This document shows, one piece after another, positions 28,727 through 39,194 of a stretch of 64,000 nt of DNA (position 1 is its first letter; every line of letters begins with the position of its first letter). The notes under the pieces are model-generated. The model ran no database searches. It was not told the DNA's origin and saw nothing but the letters and a program-made list of their open reading frames with translations. The translations under genes were made by a program, and so were the position numbers. The stretch is from positions 864,001-928,000 of the forward strand of contig CAWCYD010000003.1 of the NCBI GenBank assembly GCA_963799775.1, written 5' to 3'. Origin of the DNA: an uncultured archaeon. Lineage in GTDB: Archaea > Thermoproteota > Nitrososphaeria > Nitrososphaerales > Gagatemarchaeaceae.

Positions 28727-29875
28727 ATGCTATTCGACGAAGCGCCCAAGACAAACCGTTCAGACCTCTACGACTTTCGGGAGGAACAAGATGGCTTTCT
28801 TCGCGCCCTCAAAGAGGGAGCGAGACTCGTGACGATAGTAGGCCTTCGAAGGACCGGCAAGTCATCTCTGCTTCTGACCGGTCTGAGCGAGACGGACCAG
28901 CCTTCACTCATCATTGACGCGAGAGGTTTTGCCCAGTCACCGGTGATTTCGAGAGCAGATTTCTTTTCAGCATTCGAGAGAACCCTCAACGAGTTCATCG
29001 TTTCCCAGACAAGGTGGAGCGGACGCATTCTGGACGCCCTCAAGTCGATAAGGGGTGTAGAGGTGAGCTCTGGGCCGCCGCCCGCCATCTCTCTTTCTTG
29101 GGGGAGATCCCGTAAGGAGACGGCTGACCTGCCCGGGCTGCTCGCATCGCTCGGCAAAGTGGCAGAAAGTCATAAGACCAGATTCGTGATCGCGTTTGAT
29201 GAGGCTCAAGAGTTCAGGAGGCTGGCTGGCTACGACCTCGCCAAGATCTTGGCCCACGTGTACGACTACGTCCCCTCGGTGCAGCTGGTGCTGACCGGCT
29301 CACAGGTCGGTTTCCTGCACGAGTTCCTCGGGGTTGAAGATGCGAAGGCTCCGCTCTATGGACGAGTCCGTGTCGAGATACGCACCCCGCGGCTCACGAA
29401 AGACCAGGGGCGTAGCTTCCTCGAGACGGGATTCGCGCAAATCAAGGTCAAGCCCAACCCGAAGCAGCTTGACTCCGCCATCGAGAAGCTGGATGGGATA
29501 ATAGGATGGCTCGCGTTCCTCGGGGCGACGGCGAGGAGAAGTCGCAAGTTCACGGACGAGACCATCGACCAGACGCTGGAAGAGGCGTCCAGACTTGCGG
29601 CCTCTGAAGTCATGAACTTCCTAGAAATCCGGCAAATCGCGAAGGTCAGATACCTCGCCATTCTGACCCGACTCGCTTTGGGGACCGCCAGGTGGTCCGA
29701 CCTCAAGAGAAGCGTCCAGGCTGAGGAGGGCAGGTCGGTCTCCGACTATGTCTTCAGTTCGCTGCTATCGAATCTGGTCAAAGCAACTCTCGTATCAAAG
29801 AATCGGGATGGGTCATACGGCATCGAAGATCCCGTCCTGATTCACGCACTGAATTCGGGAGCCCTCCGCGCGTAA
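28727..29875 (+). CDS. Archaeal AAA ATPase with C-terminal wHTH
   Basis: MLFDEAPK, Walker A GLRRTGKSS, Walker B IAFDEAQE, LTGSQVG, YGIEDPV. Confidence 0.9.
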   Translation: MLFDEAPKTNRSDLYDFREEQDGFLRALKEGARLVTIVGLRRTGKSSLLLTGLSETDQPSLIIDARGFAQSPVISRADFFSAFERTLNEFIVSQTRWSGRILDALKSIRGVEVSSGPPPAISLSWGRSRKETADLPGLLASLGKVAESHKTRFVIAFDEAQEFRRLAGYDLAKILAHVYDYVPSVQLVLTGSQVGFLHEFLGVEDAKAPLYGRVRVEIRTPRLTKDQGRSFLETGFAQIKVKPNPKQLDSAIEKLDGIIGWLAFLGATARRSRKFTDETIDQTLEEASRLAASEVMNFLEIRQIAKVRYLAILTRLALGTARWSDLKRSVQAEEGRSVSDYVFSSLLSNLVKATLVSKNRDGSYGIEDPVLIHALNSGALRA

Positions 29876-29891
29876 GCTCCAGGGTACGAAT

Positions 29892-30027
29892 CGGTCTGGT
29901 CGGGGCCGCGGCGCCTTGTCGCCTCGGACATGAACCTCAGCAGAGGCTTGTCGGAAGCCCCACGAATCCGCAGATGCCGCAGCCCATCCTGGCCTCTGGG
30001 CCTCCAGTCGTTTTTGAAGATGCTGGC
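29892..30027 (-). pseudogene. Diverged duplicate of the asnB 5' end and upstream region
   Basis: Encodes MGCGICGFVGL; aligns by eye with ~28316-28450. Confidence 0.85.
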
Positions 30028-30033
30028 TTCTTT

Positions 30034-31893
30034 CTAAGACCAGCTAAGATGTATTTCGTAGAGCGTGAAGTCCTGGCCTTGCAGCACAGGTCGCTCTCCA
30101 AGGACGGTGAATGAGGGGCCATTGCTCACACTGAATGTCCCGTTGACATCGAAGACCTGAGAGAGGAAGCTGTCCTCAGACGGAAAGGCCGACCCATGAG
30201 CGTCGTAGAGGTAGAAGACAGACCATTTGACATAGGAGAATTCGGCCAATGTGATTTCTGGGGCGAGGGGGTTCTGGCCAATCGCGTAGGCTTGCGCGCG
30301 CAAGACCTGCACGCCCGGCGTGAACGTCCAGCCGTACGGGACTCCGACGAGGTTGAAGGCTTGATTGCTGTCGTTGGTGGCGAAGTAGTCCCTCAAGATG
30401 ACCGCGTCTGACCGGTAGCCCAAGTCGAAGGGGTTCTGGCTGGTGTAGTTGAAGTTGGAGGCCGCATAGACCTGGTAGACCGGCACCGCGATCAGGAGAA
30501 AGGCGATGCAGACTGCAGCGAGCCCGAGCATCCGCTTGCGGCTCTTGGCGAGTAACGAAAGGAAGAGCGGGGCGAGGAGGAAGTATGCGGGCAACGCGGT
30601 ATCCGAGAACCTGATGACGGTCGAATAGTCCTGGAAGGAGAAGTAGTATGGGTCGGGAGCGTAGATGAAGGAGACGATCAGGTATGACCCCAGGGCAGTC
30701 AGGGAGGTGAGAAGCACGAACCTGGCGTTCACATCTGAGCGACGAACAGCCCTCTGAAACACGATCAGGAACCCGGCGAGGCCTATCGCGAAGCAAATCG
30801 GACCCCACCCGAGGACGAGCCCTCCGAAGAAGATGAGGAGAGTATTGGTAAGAACGAACTCCCTGTAGAAAGGAACCGATGAGGTCGACACCCGTGTTAT
30901 CGTGGACACCGTGCTGCTAACGGTGGTTGTGCCGCTGACTGTGACCGTGTTGCTGACTGTGACCGTGCTGGTGACGGTGGTCGCGGGCGGTGGAGACGTC
31001 ACGGGATTGGACGTGATGCTCTGGAGGATCTGCCCCGAAATCGGCGCGACCTGTTGGGAATAGGCGTGGCTCGGGACGACGAGGAAGAAGACTGCAGGAA
31101 TGACGAACGCCAGAACTGAGATGGCCAGCACCGCCCTCCCTCCGAATCTCCTAGTTCGGATGGCATCCTTGCGCTTTGAAATCGCGATCGCCAGAACCAC
31201 CAACCCTCCCGCGATGAGAAACGCTTCGTACGGCTCGCGCGTGCCCGATGCGAACCCGAAGAAACAGCACGCCAGGAACGCGAAGCCGATCAGTCCGGCG
31301 GCGCTCCTCGTCTTAAGGAGCCTAGCGAGGAAGTAGACTCCCGACATCGCCATGCACAGGCCCACCGGCTCGGTGAGGAACCCCAGAGAGAGTAGGACGA
31401 ACGATATCAGGATGAACGATGAGGCCAGCGAAAGCGCGATGGTGGTCTCGTTGAACTCGAAGAGCTTCAGGAGCTTGTAGAAGACGATGAAGGTGACGGC
31501 AGTCCAAAAGAAAATGTAGAAAGGCAAGAGATACGAGAAAGCGTCGACGTTCGTTATGCCGAGCACCTTGAATAGGATGATGTTCACCCAGCCGACGAAC
31601 CACCGGTCCGAGTACAGGTTGCCATGGAGAGCGTCGTAGAAATAGCCGAACTCATCCGAGACGAAGAATCCGGTCGTCCAAAAATTGTAGAACCGGTAGG
31701 CGCACAAGATCGCGAGAGATGCCAAACAACCTGCTAGGGCTTTCGCGTCAAGCGTGCGCAGACGAACAATAGAAACCATTCGTGACCTAATGATTTCAAA
31801 AGCCTCGCGTCTCCCGTTCAGCATCTGGACGCCTCGACCGAATTGTGAAGATAAGTATTCCCGGTAGACACAAGACATTGTTCGATGGGGCAA
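30034..31893 (-). CDS. Multi-TM GT-C-like membrane protein (start probably 31779)
   Basis: Many TM segments, first-loop FVSDEFGY acidic motif, LTEP, REP. Confidence 0.7.
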   Translation of the reverse strand: MPHRTMSCVYREYLSSQFGRGVQMLNGRREAFEIIRSRMVSIVRLRTLDAKALAGCLASLAILCAYRFYNFWTTGFFVSDEFGYFYDALHGNLYSDRWFVGWVNIILFKVLGITNVDAFSYLLPFYIFFWTAVTFIVFYKLLKLFEFNETTIALSLASSFILISFVLLSLGFLTEPVGLCMAMSGVYFLARLLKTRSAAGLIGFAFLACCFFGFASGTREPYEAFLIAGGLVVLAIAISKRKDAIRTRRFGGRAVLAISVLAFVIPAVFFLVVPSHAYSQQVAPISGQILQSITSNPVTSPPPATTVTSTVTVSNTVTVSGTTTVSSTVSTITRVSTSSVPFYREFVLTNTLLIFFGGLVLGWGPICFAIGLAGFLIVFQRAVRRSDVNARFVLLTSLTALGSYLIVSFIYAPDPYYFSFQDYSTVIRFSDTALPAYFLLAPLFLSLLAKSRKRMLGLAAVCIAFLLIAVPVYQVYAASNFNYTSQNPFDLGYRSDAVILRDYFATNDSNQAFNLVGVPYGWTFTPGVQVLRAQAYAIGQNPLAPEITLAEFSYVKWSVFYLYDAHGSAFPSEDSFLSQVFDVNGTFSVSNGPSFTVLGERPVLQGQDFTLYEIHLSWS

Positions 31894-31982
31894 TAGCCAA
31901 GCGAAACTTGATTACCGCAAACTGGCCGACAGTCTGGCTGGAAAGACATGCGGAGTAGAATTTCCTTCCTTGGAGTCAAAAG

Positions 31983-33332
31983 TTGAAACTCCGCAGCGTC
32001 ATCGTACTCGGACTCGCCTTGAGACTCGCAATTGCGCCTTTCACAGCCCATCCGACCGATGTCTTCTCATGGTATGAGTATGGGACGGCGGTGGCGAAAA
32101 ATCCCCAGCTAATCTCATCGTTCCTAGTACCGTACCAATACTCCTTCTTTCTGTTTGTCTTCCCTGCTACAGCGTTGTTCGATTTGCTCCCGAGATTCAG
32201 CGCAATCGACCCTTTCTCAGTTACCTCACTCAACCCGGCATTGGTGCAACAGTATACGCAAATCGCGACTGTTGTTCCGGGAATCTTGTTCGATTTCCTT
32301 GTGAAATTACCACTGATACTCTCTGACACGCTCGCTGCGGCATTACTCTACAAGATTGCTCTTCTCGGTGGGCGGGACGTGAGGCATGCAACCTCGGTGG
32401 CTGCTCTTTGGTTTCTCAACCCCCTCACGATATGGGTCTCTTCTGGGTGGGGGATGTTTGACACGCTCCCCGCTTTGTTCTCGGTACTTTCTCTGTACTT
32501 CGTCGTTACAGACAAAAGAGTCCTATCGGGATCTGCCCTGGCAATCGCCTTTGTGTTGAAGTATTACGCACTGGCGTTGGTCATACCTATCCTACTGCTT
32601 ACGCTCAGCAAGAAGAGGACAAGAGCCGCGATTCTCACCGTTGGTTCTTTCACTATACTATCGGCCCTCCTGCTCGTACCGAATCTCTCGAGTTCCTTCA
32701 CCAAAGTCGCAGCCGTAACCGCGCCTGGTTCGCCGAGCGGTCTACACTATTCAGGGCTTTCCTTTTGGACGGCAATAACACTGTTCGTTCCAAATTTTGG
32801 ACAGACTCTCGCGGCAGAGATCCTGATTGCTTGCTTTCTGGTTGCTGCTTACATCTGGATTGCCATAATTCTCGGGAAATCGAAAAGCGTGGAAACTCTC
32901 AGCGCCGCCTTTGCAGTCCCATTGTTGGTACTGCTCCTCCTTTACAGTCTTGTCGGTGAGAACTTCTTCGTGTGGGTCATACCGTTCCTCGCACTGCTTT
33001 CTGGGGACACCGCCGTCAGGCGAAGCGCCCTGTTACTCAGCGCAATTGCGCTACTGTCGAGCGTGACTAATTCCCTCTTGCCATATTACCTCCTCCCATT
33101 GGCACCGTGGATTGGAAACTACTTGGTCTCGATGCTGGGCGTTGCAACTCCATATCGGGCGGCACCCGCTGGGACGATTGTGACCGGACTCAATGTGGGA
33201 AAGATTATACTGGCGGGCTTCGGTGTCGCTGTGGCAGTTTCAATATTGCTTACGATCACTGTCGTCGTGCTCAGCGAAAACCGCAGGGCAAAACAATATT
33301 CTATCGATCAAGGCTCGGACGCGAACCTCTAA
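31983..33332 (+). CDS. GT-C glycosyltransferase (GT87/PIG-M-like)
   Basis: RLAIAPFTAHPTD, KLPLILSD, WFLNPLTIWVSSGWGMFD, LKYY. Confidence 0.8.
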   Translation: MKLRSVIVLGLALRLAIAPFTAHPTDVFSWYEYGTAVAKNPQLISSFLVPYQYSFFLFVFPATALFDLLPRFSAIDPFSVTSLNPALVQQYTQIATVVPGILFDFLVKLPLILSDTLAAALLYKIALLGGRDVRHATSVAALWFLNPLTIWVSSGWGMFDTLPALFSVLSLYFVVTDKRVLSGSALAIAFVLKYYALALVIPILLLTLSKKRTRAAILTVGSFTILSALLLVPNLSSSFTKVAAVTAPGSPSGLHYSGLSFWTAITLFVPNFGQTLAAEILIACFLVAAYIWIAIILGKSKSVETLSAAFAVPLLVLLLLYSLVGENFFVWVIPFLALLSGDTAVRRSALLLSAIALLSSVTNSLLPYYLLPLAPWIGNYLVSMLGVATPYRAAPAGTIVTGLNVGKIILAGFGVAVAVSILLTITVVVLSENRRAKQYSIDQGSDANL

Positions 33333-33437
33333 GGGCTCGCAAGATCCCGTACGCTTGACTAAATCCTGTAGAGTGTGTTCCCCCCTTTGGTCTAAAGCTT
33401 CTCGGTGAACGTGAATCCGCGTTTGTTCCTAAGCCAT

Positions 33438-33725
33438 TCAACGCCACTCGCGAGGATATGTCCAGTCCGAGCTATGCGGACGGAAGCCTACCCTGAAAAT
33501 CTCTGGAGGTATTTTCTTGGCCAAGTGTCCGATGCCCTTTTCGCAGGCTCCTGATATTTCAAATGCAATATCTTTCATGAGATATCCAGTCAAAGAGAGC
33601 TCGGGAAAATCAATGACGTCAACGTCTTCATCCCTAACCTTCCTCAAGATTTCCGCGTGTTGAATCTCATTCTTCTCGACGTTTCCGATATGCGAAGACA
33701 CCTGCACGAGAGCAAGTCGAGACAT
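33438..33725 (-). pseudogene. Collapsed relic: glutaminase N-terminus fused in frame to the NadE C-terminus
   Basis: SRLALVQVSSHIGNV..FPELSLTGYLMKDIAFE matches the 13655-14541 gene; PPEIFRVGFRPHSSDWTYPREWR matches the nadE end PPEIFRVSFRSHGSDWRYPREWR. Confidence 0.88.
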
Positions 33726-33886
33726 GGCGAGGAAGAAGGGCAACGTCTTCTATGCCATTGAGTTCCGTGGTTTCGTTCTTCAAAGGAAGAATTCTCGGTC
33801 GAAATGACATGAGACCAAGGGAACGTTTCCCGGGCACACCAGCGAATGGCGTATTCGTATATACATCCACAATTTAGACCAAAGGC

Positions 33887-34267
33887 GTGCAGGAAGAACC
33901 CATTTTCGAGAAGATCTCCGAAGATAAGCGGGGAGCGAACTATCGAATCATTCTGCCTGGAAAGAGGGAGCTTGTGTTGATATTCACCAGGGCGGGCTAC
34001 TGGCGCGGGGGACATTTCCATGACGCCGACGAAGTGGCCCTGATGTTGAGAGGAAAGATGGAATACTTCAAGAGGACCGCCGATGGCAAGGACCTAACCT
34101 TCGAGGTTTCCAAAGGTCAGTCTTACGAGAACAAGGCGGGCGAGCCACATGTCGGTCATTTCTTGGAAGACAGTTGGCTGCTAGATTGGAAGATAGATGC
34201 GTGCATCGGCGAGTTTACAACGACGGATTACGAACCCTACCGAGCGAGGGTAAGGTCTCAGAAATGA
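33887..34267 (+). CDS. Cupin-fold protein (sugar isomerase/epimerase-like)
   Basis: DKRG, RGGHFH..E, GEPH. Confidence 0.75.
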   Translation: MQEEPIFEKISEDKRGANYRIILPGKRELVLIFTRAGYWRGGHFHDADEVALMLRGKMEYFKRTADGKDLTFEVSKGQSYENKAGEPHVGHFLEDSWLLDWKIDACIGEFTTTDYEPYRARVRSQK

Positions 34268-34419
34268 GCATGAAATAATGAGCTCTGGATGCTGCCAGAC
34301 GTAAACTACTGACCGAATTCGATAGAGTTCTGCGTTAGCCAGCTGTTGTCAAGAGCCAATGTAACATGTCCCGATGATTTCGATCCGAATGTCGGCCAAC
34401 GGGCGAAGACGAATCGAGT

Positions 34420-35754
34420 CTAGGCGCCTACAGCATTCGGCATGCCAATACCCAGAGGAGTGTACGAGGAGCATCTTTCTCTCAGATCGGCACGCAGGCG
34501 CCAGCAGTCGATGACACTCTTGTTCGCGAAGACCGAAGCGTTGAGTTTCCTGTAGACAGGCCAAGGAGTTGCCAAGATTACGAATTCGGAACTCGAGACG
34601 CATGCCTTGGCGTCCTTGTGGTAAATCACGCTTGATCCGAGCTGTGGCCTAGCTATTTCGAGGGCTGCAGGGTCGGTGACATGAACCTCGTATCCCTTGT
34701 CCCTGAGAGCTTCAGCTATCATCATCGACTGCGAAGCTTCCACAACGTCGGTATTCGGCTTATAGGACAGTCCAAGAACGCCGACCTTCATTCCCGGCTT
34801 TGCGCCCTGGCCCTGCAGAATACGGACGATCCGCCCCACCTGTCTATTGTTTATTCTGTGAGTTGCGAGGGCGAGATCGACGCTTATTCCCAGGCTTTGT
34901 GCGAACCGTGAGAAGGCGATGTTGTCTCTCGGAAAGCATGGACCTCCAAACCCCAGTGCCCCCTTCAGGAACGCCGAACCAATCCGCCTGTCTCGACCTA
35001 TGGCCGAAGAAATCGTGTCGACATTCCCCTCCGGCACTTGTTCAGAGATCTCCGCGATTGTGTTTGCGAAACTTATCTTCATGGTGACGTAGGAATTGAT
35101 TGCAATCTTCGTAATTTCAGCATTGACAAAATTCATCCTTTGGATCGCAGGAGAGCTAACGCAGACATTCTCCTGTATCTTGGCAAGCAGTCTCCCTGCT
35201 GCTTTGTCGGATTCGCCAATCAGGATTAAGTCAGGTTCGGTCAGCCCTCTAATAACATCTCCAAGCGCAATGAACTCAGGGCTGTAACAGAGACCGAAAT
35301 CCTTACCGCAGACCTTTCCAGATGTTCTTTCGAGGACCGGTTTCACCAAACGATCCATGGAGCCTGGCATTACGGTGCTCGTAAGGACTATCAGGTGATA
35401 GCCATCCTTTCTAGACAGTTCTATCCCAATCTTCTTCATTGCCTGTGCGACGAAGTCAAGCGAGAAGCCGCCGGACTTGCTGCTTGGGGTCGGCACGACC
35501 ACGAATGTGGTGTCAGTGGTGCCAACCACGTCGTAGTCTCTTGTAGCGGAGAGGCGCGCTCGGTTGGCTTTCATCACTGACTGAAGTCCAGGTTCATATA
35601 TTGGACACCTTCCTTTGTTTATTGCGTCTACTTTCGAGCGGTCCACATCCACACCCTTAACGACGTATCCGCTATTGGCAAGTACGCTAGCAAGGCAGAG
35701 CCCGAGCTTGCCTAGGCCGACTACCGAGACCCTCTCAGGGCTCACTGGATTCAC
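34420..35754 (-). CDS. UDP-glucose/GDP-mannose dehydrogenase family
   Basis: VVGLGKLG, VVPTP, YSPEF, GFGGPCFPRD, GLSYKPNT. Confidence 0.93.
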   Translation of the reverse strand: MNPVSPERVSVVGLGKLGLCLASVLANSGYVVKGVDVDRSKVDAINKGRCPIYEPGLQSVMKANRARLSATRDYDVVGTTDTTFVVVPTPSSKSGGFSLDFVAQAMKKIGIELSRKDGYHLIVLTSTVMPGSMDRLVKPVLERTSGKVCGKDFGLCYSPEFIALGDVIRGLTEPDLILIGESDKAAGRLLAKIQENVCVSSPAIQRMNFVNAEITKIAINSYVTMKISFANTIAEISEQVPEGNVDTISSAIGRDRRIGSAFLKGALGFGGPCFPRDNIAFSRFAQSLGISVDLALATHRINNRQVGRIVRILQGQGAKPGMKVGVLGLSYKPNTDVVEASQSMMIAEALRDKGYEVHVTDPAALEIARPQLGSSVIYHKDAKACVSSSEFVILATPWPVYRKLNASVFANKSVIDCWRLRADLRERCSSYTPLGIGMPNAVGA

Positions 35755-36800
35755 TTGGCGATTACTGGCTTGGCTGCGAGGTTGGTTCGCAAATACCTAT
35801 GCCAATCTACCGCGTGACGTAAGCCTTCATCCAAGTCGACGGCCGGCACCCAACCGAGCATCTCTTTCGCGCGCGTAATATCCAACGCCCTGCTGAAGGG
35901 TCATTCAGGCTTGCTTTTGTCGTAAATCACCTTCGAGGGTCTATGGCCGCTGATGTTGAGAATCTTCGACGCGACTTCCCGAATTGCATACCTCTTGTCC
36001 CATCCGAGGTTGACAGGCGTCCCATCCATGATCTTCTCAGTCGCCAAAATCGAACCCCTGGCTATGTCGTCGACATAGGTGAACCCGCGTTCTTGGTCAC
36101 CGCTCCCCCAAACGACGAACGGATCCTGCTTATCCAACGCCTTGCCGACGAGAGCAGAAATCGCGTGCGAGGAATCGAATTCTCCAGGGCCATAGACCGT
36201 CAGATATCGACAAACGGAAGTCTTCATGCCTCTTTCATCATGAAAGACTCTGCATTCCAACTCACCCATGAGCTTCGCGAAGCCGTAGAGATTGTCGCTA
36301 CTCTTCCACCCTTCGCCTGTGCTCAGGATGTCATTTTCCTTCAGGAGGTAGCTGCGATCAAGCTGGAGGGAATCCGGGTACACGCAAGCAGAGCTAGAGT
36401 AGTGCAATCGCTCAATCCCCGCCTCCGATGAGGCGCTTATGACATTGTGATCAATCGCAAGCATCTTAGAGCAGTCCGCTTGCCGAGTATCAACGAATTC
36501 CCGCCCTCCGAAGACTGCACTCAGGTGGAACACCGTATCGTGCTTCTGTGCTAGGAGTTGGAACCGATACGAATCGACGGCGAGATCGATAGCTTCCATC
36601 CGGACGTCTCCAAGGCCACTTCTGCTGTAAATCTCCGACAGCCGCTTCAACTTCGCTTCCCAAAGACTGGACTGATTGGGAAGCAGCAACTTGTCAACCA
36701 CTGTGACCGATGCCCCCATTTGGAGCAACTTGTCAACAACGGCGCCTCCGATGAAACCGGCACCCCCCGTGACAATGACCTTGCGGTTTGCCCAGTTCAT
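35751..36800 (-). CDS. NDP-sugar epimerase (GDP-mannose 3,5-epimerase-like) with an in-frame TGA at 35901-35903
   Basis: VTGGAGFIG, SSSACVYP, YGFAK; the same frame continues KPE*PFSRALDITRAKEMLGW to TGA at 35751. Confidence 0.85.
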
Positions 36801-37218
36801 GTTCGGACCCGACCTCCCTGAATATTTAAGCTGTCCCCGGGGATTTAGGTAGGTCGAGAAGATTAGAGTCGAACTACGCGATTGGATCCCGCGTTCTCAC
36901 CAAAGTAGGCATTCCAAGAGTTCGTTCTTCGACCAGAGATGAAATCTTTCAGTATTCTGATTTTATAGGGCTCAGAGTGCATCAGTCGTCTGAGATCCCT
37001 GCGACAACACGCAGTAAGTGAGTGAAGTGGGCCTAAGCCGTCGTTAAGAAGAACCAGTGGTCGAAGCCCCTGTTAGAGCCTCGTCTCCACTATCGCGTAG
37101 GCCCTCACGGGGAGCAGCGCGCCAACGATGGGCTTGGCCTGTTTCAGTATATCAAGGACTTGATGGTATCGCGGGTCGGAAAGGGAAAATTCTGCAATCC
37201 CGCGAAGAGGCTAAAAGT

Positions 37219-38058
37219 CTAGGGCTTCCAAGCTCGATAATGGTCCTTGTCTAATTCGGCGATTGCGAAGCCGTTCCTTTGGAATATGGCCATAATCTCT
37301 GGTCGGTCCTTCTCAAAGTGAACTTCCACAATCCACTCCTTGATTTTCGTCATTATGCCTTCTGAGTCCCTCAAGATCGGGAGCTCCGCGCCCTCGACGT
37401 CGAGCTTCACGAGATCGACCGCGTTCTCTCCCTGGAGGACATCGCGGAGGCGGCAAACGGAGACGGTTCCCGCCTCGTGGTGATGAGAATGGGGTGAGTA
37501 GAGGGTTCCGATGTCCCCTCCCTCAGCTGTGTATATCGGCATTGTCCCGACAAAGTCGCTTATGGCCTTCTCGATGACCACGAGCTTCGTCCTCCTTCGG
37601 ACGACCATCTTGAAGACAATTCTCGTCGTCCGGCAATTCGCCGCGATGGGATCGATGGCTATGACCTTCGGCGCGCGCGAGCCCATTATGGCAGTCAAGT
37701 ATCCCTTGTTGGAGCCTACGTCCACGACCGTGTTAGAGAAGCGGTCGCGTTCCAATATCGCGGCAACCACCTCTTTCTCGTAAATCAAGCCCGTCTTGTA
37801 AAAGAAGAGCGTCCCGGAGGCGCGGCCCAGCCAGACCAAGAGTTGACAAACCCATTGAAAGAAGAAGCGTGGGATGTCGTGCTCGACCTCGAGTTGTGTC
37901 AGTAAGCGGAGGCTGACTTCCTTCATTTGGCTAACAGAAGACGAAGGCGGCATGCCCTCAGAGGGCGAGTCTTGCTTCGCCGTCCGCAAAGCAGCTGTTC
38001 TATTGGAGCGACTCCAATAGTCTCGATGATTGAATCGTCTTGTCAAGTCCATCTTCAA
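37219..38058 (-). CDS. FkbM-family methyltransferase (start probably 37926-37955)
   Basis: VVDVGSNKG, VKLDVEGAE, IVEVH. Confidence 0.85.
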   Translation of the reverse strand: MKMDLTRRFNHRDYWSRSNRTAALRTAKQDSPSEGMPPSSSVSQMKEVSLRLLTQLEVEHDIPRFFFQWVCQLLVWLGRASGTLFFYKTGLIYEKEVVAAILERDRFSNTVVDVGSNKGYLTAIMGSRAPKVIAIDPIAANCRTTRIVFKMVVRRRTKLVVIEKAISDFVGTMPIYTAEGGDIGTLYSPHSHHHEAGTVSVCRLRDVLQGENAVDLVKLDVEGAELPILRDSEGIMTKIKEWIVEVHFEKDRPEIMAIFQRNGFAIAELDKDHYRAWKP

Positions 38059-38932
38059 GCGACGTCTTTGGGGTCCAACCTAGGATTGTCCTGGCTCTGG
38101 AAATGTCGCTTTGCATGTGGGTCGGACCTGGGCTCTGAGTTTCGGCGAACTTGAGCTCTGCTCCATAGGAACTTGCGATGTATCTCGCGACTGTTTCGAG
38201 GCTGGTCTGCTTTCCACTGCCGATGTTTATTTCTCCGACGTAATTCGAACTCAGCGCTTTGACATATGCGTCTGCCACATCTTCGACATATACGAAATCC
38301 TTGGTTATTTCTCTCCCGTGAAGGAGAACATGGCCAGTCTTGGCTTGCGCTATCATGGCCGGGATGAAGTAATCCAAAGACTGGCCGGGACCGTAGGAAT
38401 TGAACAACCTAATCGTAATGTAAGCGAGATTGTGATTCCCATAGTAGAGCTGACAGAGGCTTTCACCCATTATCTTGGTCGTGGTGTAGATATCCTGAAG
38501 AGCCAATGGGTGCCGTTCGTCAGTAGGCATGTATTTTGGACTTATCCCGTATACATGGGCGGTTGACGCAAAAACGACCTTCTTGACATGGTGCCGTAAT
38601 GCATATTTTAGCATGTTAAAGGTACCATGAACGTTCGAATCGAAAGCGATCGATGGATTTTCCTCGCACAGCCTCGGAGCCGCAATGGCTGCCAGATGGA
38701 TGATGTAGTCAAAGTCCCCCTCAACCTTCTGCAGGCTCGAAAAATTGGTGATGTCCGATTCCACAAGTCTTACTTTACCATCCATGACCTTTAGGTTCCC
38801 TTTCGCAAAGCCATCTCGCGTATCAATACCGGTCACATTCGCGCCTTGTTCCACGAGGAGGGGGATAATGTACCGGCCTAGAAAGCCCAAAGCACCAGAA
38901 ACCAGTACGCTACGTTGTCCGAGTGCAGACAG
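38000..38932 (-). CDS. NAD-dependent nucleotide-sugar epimerase/dehydratase, probable CTG start
   Basis: VLVSGALGFLG, HLAAIA, YTTTK, RLFNSYGPGQ; the Rossmann motif requires a start upstream of 38890. Confidence 0.9.
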   Translation of the reverse strand: MSALGQRSVLVSGALGFLGRYIIPLLVEQGANVTGIDTRDGFAKGNLKVMDGKVRLVESDITNFSSLQKVEGDFDYIIHLAAIAAPRLCEENPSIAFDSNVHGTFNMLKYALRHHVKKVVFASTAHVYGISPKYMPTDERHPLALQDIYTTTKIMGESLCQLYYGNHNLAYITIRLFNSYGPGQSLDYFIPAMIAQAKTGHVLLHGREITKDFVYVEDVADAYVKALSSNYVGEINIGSGKQTSLETVARYIASSYGAELKFAETQSPGPTHMQSDISRARTILGWTPKTSLEDGLDKTIQSSRLLESLQ

Positions 38933-39194
38933 CTACTATGACACCCGGATCGGTCTTTTAGCAAACACTATTCGAAATTGCGGCCCGGCCAGTTGCCCCC
39001 AGCCCACAATTGCTTCGTGTTCTTCGCAGTTCTTGCCGCCAGTCATTTGACCGAAAAGGCTGGAATTTATGCTACTTGAGCTTTACCTCACGCATTGGGG
39101 ATCCTCGGTAGAAGTGCGGACGTGGAATGCCGGAAGCTAATCCAACGTCAGTTCTAGGAGCCCGAATCCAATCACACATATCGCTATGGATTCG

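Noticed and set aside
35901-35903. TGA as selenocysteine or genetic-code reassignment
   Set aside because: The position corresponds to a probable Gly, not Cys, and TGA is used as a normal stop throughout the window.
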